From the NCBI GenBank assembly GCA_964457525.1, contig CAYWGS010000092.1, positions 1-6,163 on the forward strand: 6,163 nt of DNA, read 5' to 3'. The position numbers were made by a program, and so were the translations under genes. Below, in pieces: positions 4,781 through 6,163 of the stretch. Numbering within the stretch: position 1 is the first letter of the stretch; each line of letters opens with the position of its first letter. A model generated the notes under the pieces. It had not been told where the DNA came from. It made no database searches and worked only from the letters and a program-made list of their open reading frames with translations. The DNA comes from an uncultured Erysipelotrichaceae bacterium. Lineage in GTDB: Bacteria; Bacillota_I; Bacilli_A; Erysipelotrichales; Erysipelotrichaceae.

Positions 4781-6087
4781 TGAAAATAAAGATAGAAAAA
4801 ACAGGCATTAATGGTGAAGGAATCGGTTATTTAAAGAATAAACCGATTTTTATTGCGTCAACACTTCCACAGGAAATCGTTGAGGCAGAGATTACAGTAG
4901 AAAAGGATCGATATGCGATTGGGGAGTGTTTAAGGATTGTTGAGAAGAGTTCTAAGCGTGTAGAAGCTCCATGTCTTGTACAAGATCGTTGTGGTGGTTG
5001 TGCGCTTATGATTACAGATGTGGCCAACCAGGAACAACTCAAACTCAATAATTTGAAACAATCACTTCTTAAGTATATGGGTAAGTTTGATTTTAGATTG
5101 ATTTCACAATTACAGTCAAATCCTAAACCGTATAATTATCGTAATCAATGTAAACATCCGATTAAGTTAGAGAAGAAACAATTGGTTGCAGGCTTCTATA
5201 AAGCAGGAACCAATCATTTTGTTTCAATTAAAGAATGTATTGTTCATGAAGATGAATTAGAACGTGCTAAAAATGCAGTTCTAAGAATCTTAAATAAGCA
5301 TCGTTGTGTGGATTTTGATCCTCCACGTCTTCAAGGTGTACGTACCTTGATTATTCGAAGTATGGGGGATGAAATCCAAATTACCATCGTTACAGGTAAG
5401 ATGAGTTTAGATCAAACCCTAATCGATGATATTATGAATATCAAATCCGTCACATCCCTCTATCATTCGGTGAACACTGATCGTCATGCGATGGATCCAT
5501 TTGGTAAGCGTTTAGTTCATATTGCGGGTAAAGAAACCTTGGACTTTGAGTTTGAAGGTCTAAAGTTCGCATTAAATCCTAAAGCATTCTTCCAATTAAA
5601 TACTCATCAAGCCTCTGTATTGTTCAATGCAGTAAAGAACTTAATTCCTGAGAATAAGCGTGTCGTCGATGCGTATTGTGGTATTGGGGCATTGAGTCTT
5701 CTCTTAGCTCAAAAGAGTGAGAAGGTGGTTGGGATTGAGTTTTCTCAAGATGCGATTGATAGTGCTAATAGTAATGCTAAACTCAATGATATTAAAAACA
5801 TTGACTTCATCGTAGGAGATGCGGCAGAGAAACTATCGAGTTTATCGTCTGACTTCGATGTCCTTGTGATTGATCCTCCTCGTTCTGGTTTAAGTGATTC
5901 AATGATTAAAGCCATGAAGGAACATCAATTCAATGAGATTGTTTATATATCCTGTAATCCAAGCACATTAGCGAAGAATCTAAATGACTTGAAATCACAG
6001 TATCGCATTAAGAAGATTATTCCATTTGATTTGTTTACACATACACCACTTCTTGAAACAGTGGTCCATCTCGAAAGAGTAAAGTAA
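4780..6087 (+). CDS. rlmCD: 23S rRNA (uracil-C5)-methyltransferase, RumA/RlmCD family (TRAM + [4Fe-4S] + SAM MTase)
   Basis: The 435-aa protein has an N-terminal TRAM-like beta domain. Cluster cysteines form Cx5Cx2C (C65, C71, C74 in PCLVQDRCGGCALM), with a later Cys in KECIVH. The SAM motif I is DAYCGIGALSL and motif IV is DPPRSG. The catalytic nucleophile motif is YISCNPSTLAKNL, and a conserved Glu is present in LLETVVHL. The ATG overlaps the upstream TAA (TAATG at 4778-4782). Confidence 0.92.
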   Translation: MKIKIEKTGINGEGIGYLKNKPIFIASTLPQEIVEAEITVEKDRYAIGECLRIVEKSSKRVEAPCLVQDRCGGCALMITDVANQEQLKLNNLKQSLLKYMGKFDFRLISQLQSNPKPYNYRNQCKHPIKLEKKQLVAGFYKAGTNHFVSIKECIVHEDELERAKNAVLRILNKHRCVDFDPPRLQGVRTLIIRSMGDEIQITIVTGKMSLDQTLIDDIMNIKSVTSLYHSVNTDRHAMDPFGKRLVHIAGKETLDFEFEGLKFALNPKAFFQLNTHQASVLFNAVKNLIPENKRVVDAYCGIGALSLLLAQKSEKVVGIEFSQDAIDSANSNAKLNDIKNIDFIVGDAAEKLSSLSSDFDVLVIDPPRSGLSDSMIKAMKEHQFNEIVYISCNPSTLAKNLNDLKSQYRIKKIIPFDLFTHTPLLETVVHLERVK

Positions 6088-6107
6088 AAGCCCAATTGGG
6101 CTTTTTT
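6086..6107. terminator. Bidirectional rho-independent terminator
   Basis: In AAAAGCCC-AATT-GGGCTTTT, a GCCC/GGGC core is extended by four A-T pairs to give an 8-bp stem (6086-6105) around a 4-nt loop. A T-run (6102-6107) follows on the + strand, and the A-run (6086-6089) gives the U-tract on the minus strand. The structure sits between the stop of the methyltransferase (6085-6087) and the stop of a convergent gene (6109-6111). Confidence 0.85.
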
Positions 6108-6108
6108 G

Positions 6109-6163
6109 TTAGATTAAATTGTAATGTTTTAAGGCTGCCGCAATGCCGCCTTCATCGACATTG
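6109..6163 (-). CDS. 3' end of a convergent gene (partial), C-terminus reminiscent of Cof-type HAD phosphatases
   Basis: The minus-strand frame is open to the window edge and reads ...NVDEGGIAAALKHYNLI followed by TAA (complement of 6109-6111), immediately upstream of the shared terminator. The (D/E)-x-G-(V/I)-A-x-A-L tail resembles the C-termini of Cof/HAD-IIB hydrolases. Only 17 codons are visible, so the product call is weak. Confidence 0.35.
   Translation of the reverse strand, partial: NVDEGGIAAALKHYNLI

Noticed and set aside
4827-5048. 73-aa minus-strand ORF inside the rRNA methyltransferase gene
   Set aside because: It is antisense to the TRAM and Fe-S cluster region of a well-supported CDS. 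Its composition is Ser/Cys-rich and shows nothing recognisable. It is a shadow ORF.
1-6163. Mobile element, genomic island, CRISPR or phage-defence locus
   Set aside because: There are no transposase, integrase or recombinase ORFs, no terminal inverted or direct repeats flanking any block, no spacer-repeat arrays and no tRNA integration site. Base composition looks uniform by eye. The metal operon could still be accessory, but nothing in the sequence demonstrates mobility.

Overview
The window is an AT-rich segment that looks like a low-GC Firmicutes chromosome (composition judged by eye, not computed). It is densely coding, and almost everything is on the + strand. In order, it contains: (1) the 3' part of a composite GGDEF-EAL c-di-GMP phosphodiesterase gene whose frame is open to the left window edge, so it is 5'-partial. 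Its GGDEF motif is degenerate (SGDKF) and its EAL catalytic residues look intact. (2) A very tightly packed three-gene unit. It has a cysteine-free ArsR/SmtB metalloregulator with an alpha5 DxHx10Hx2E site, then a P1B-2 (Zn/Cd/Pb-type) heavy-metal ATPase, then a stand-alone DEDDh 3'-5' exonuclease whose start overlaps the ATPase 3' end by 20 nt. (3) A 129-bp intergenic region with a good sigma-A-like promoter and a 57-bp imperfect palindrome. (4) A small inorganic-pyrophosphatase-like protein with an eroded acidic motif, joined by a TAATG junction to a TRAM/[4Fe-4S]/SAM 23S rRNA uracil-5-methyltransferase (RumA/RlmCD family). (5) A strong bidirectional terminator and the last 17 codons of a convergent minus-strand gene. 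I see no tRNA or rRNA genes, CRISPR arrays, transposase or integrase genes, terminal inverted repeats, or recognisable defence genes. I cannot support a clearly novel multi-gene system from this sequence. The items most worth follow-up are the exonuclease embedded in the metal-efflux operon, the degenerate pyrophosphatase-like protein coupled to RlmCD, and the long palindrome upstream of that pair. All homology statements come from motif recognition by eye, not from database searches.
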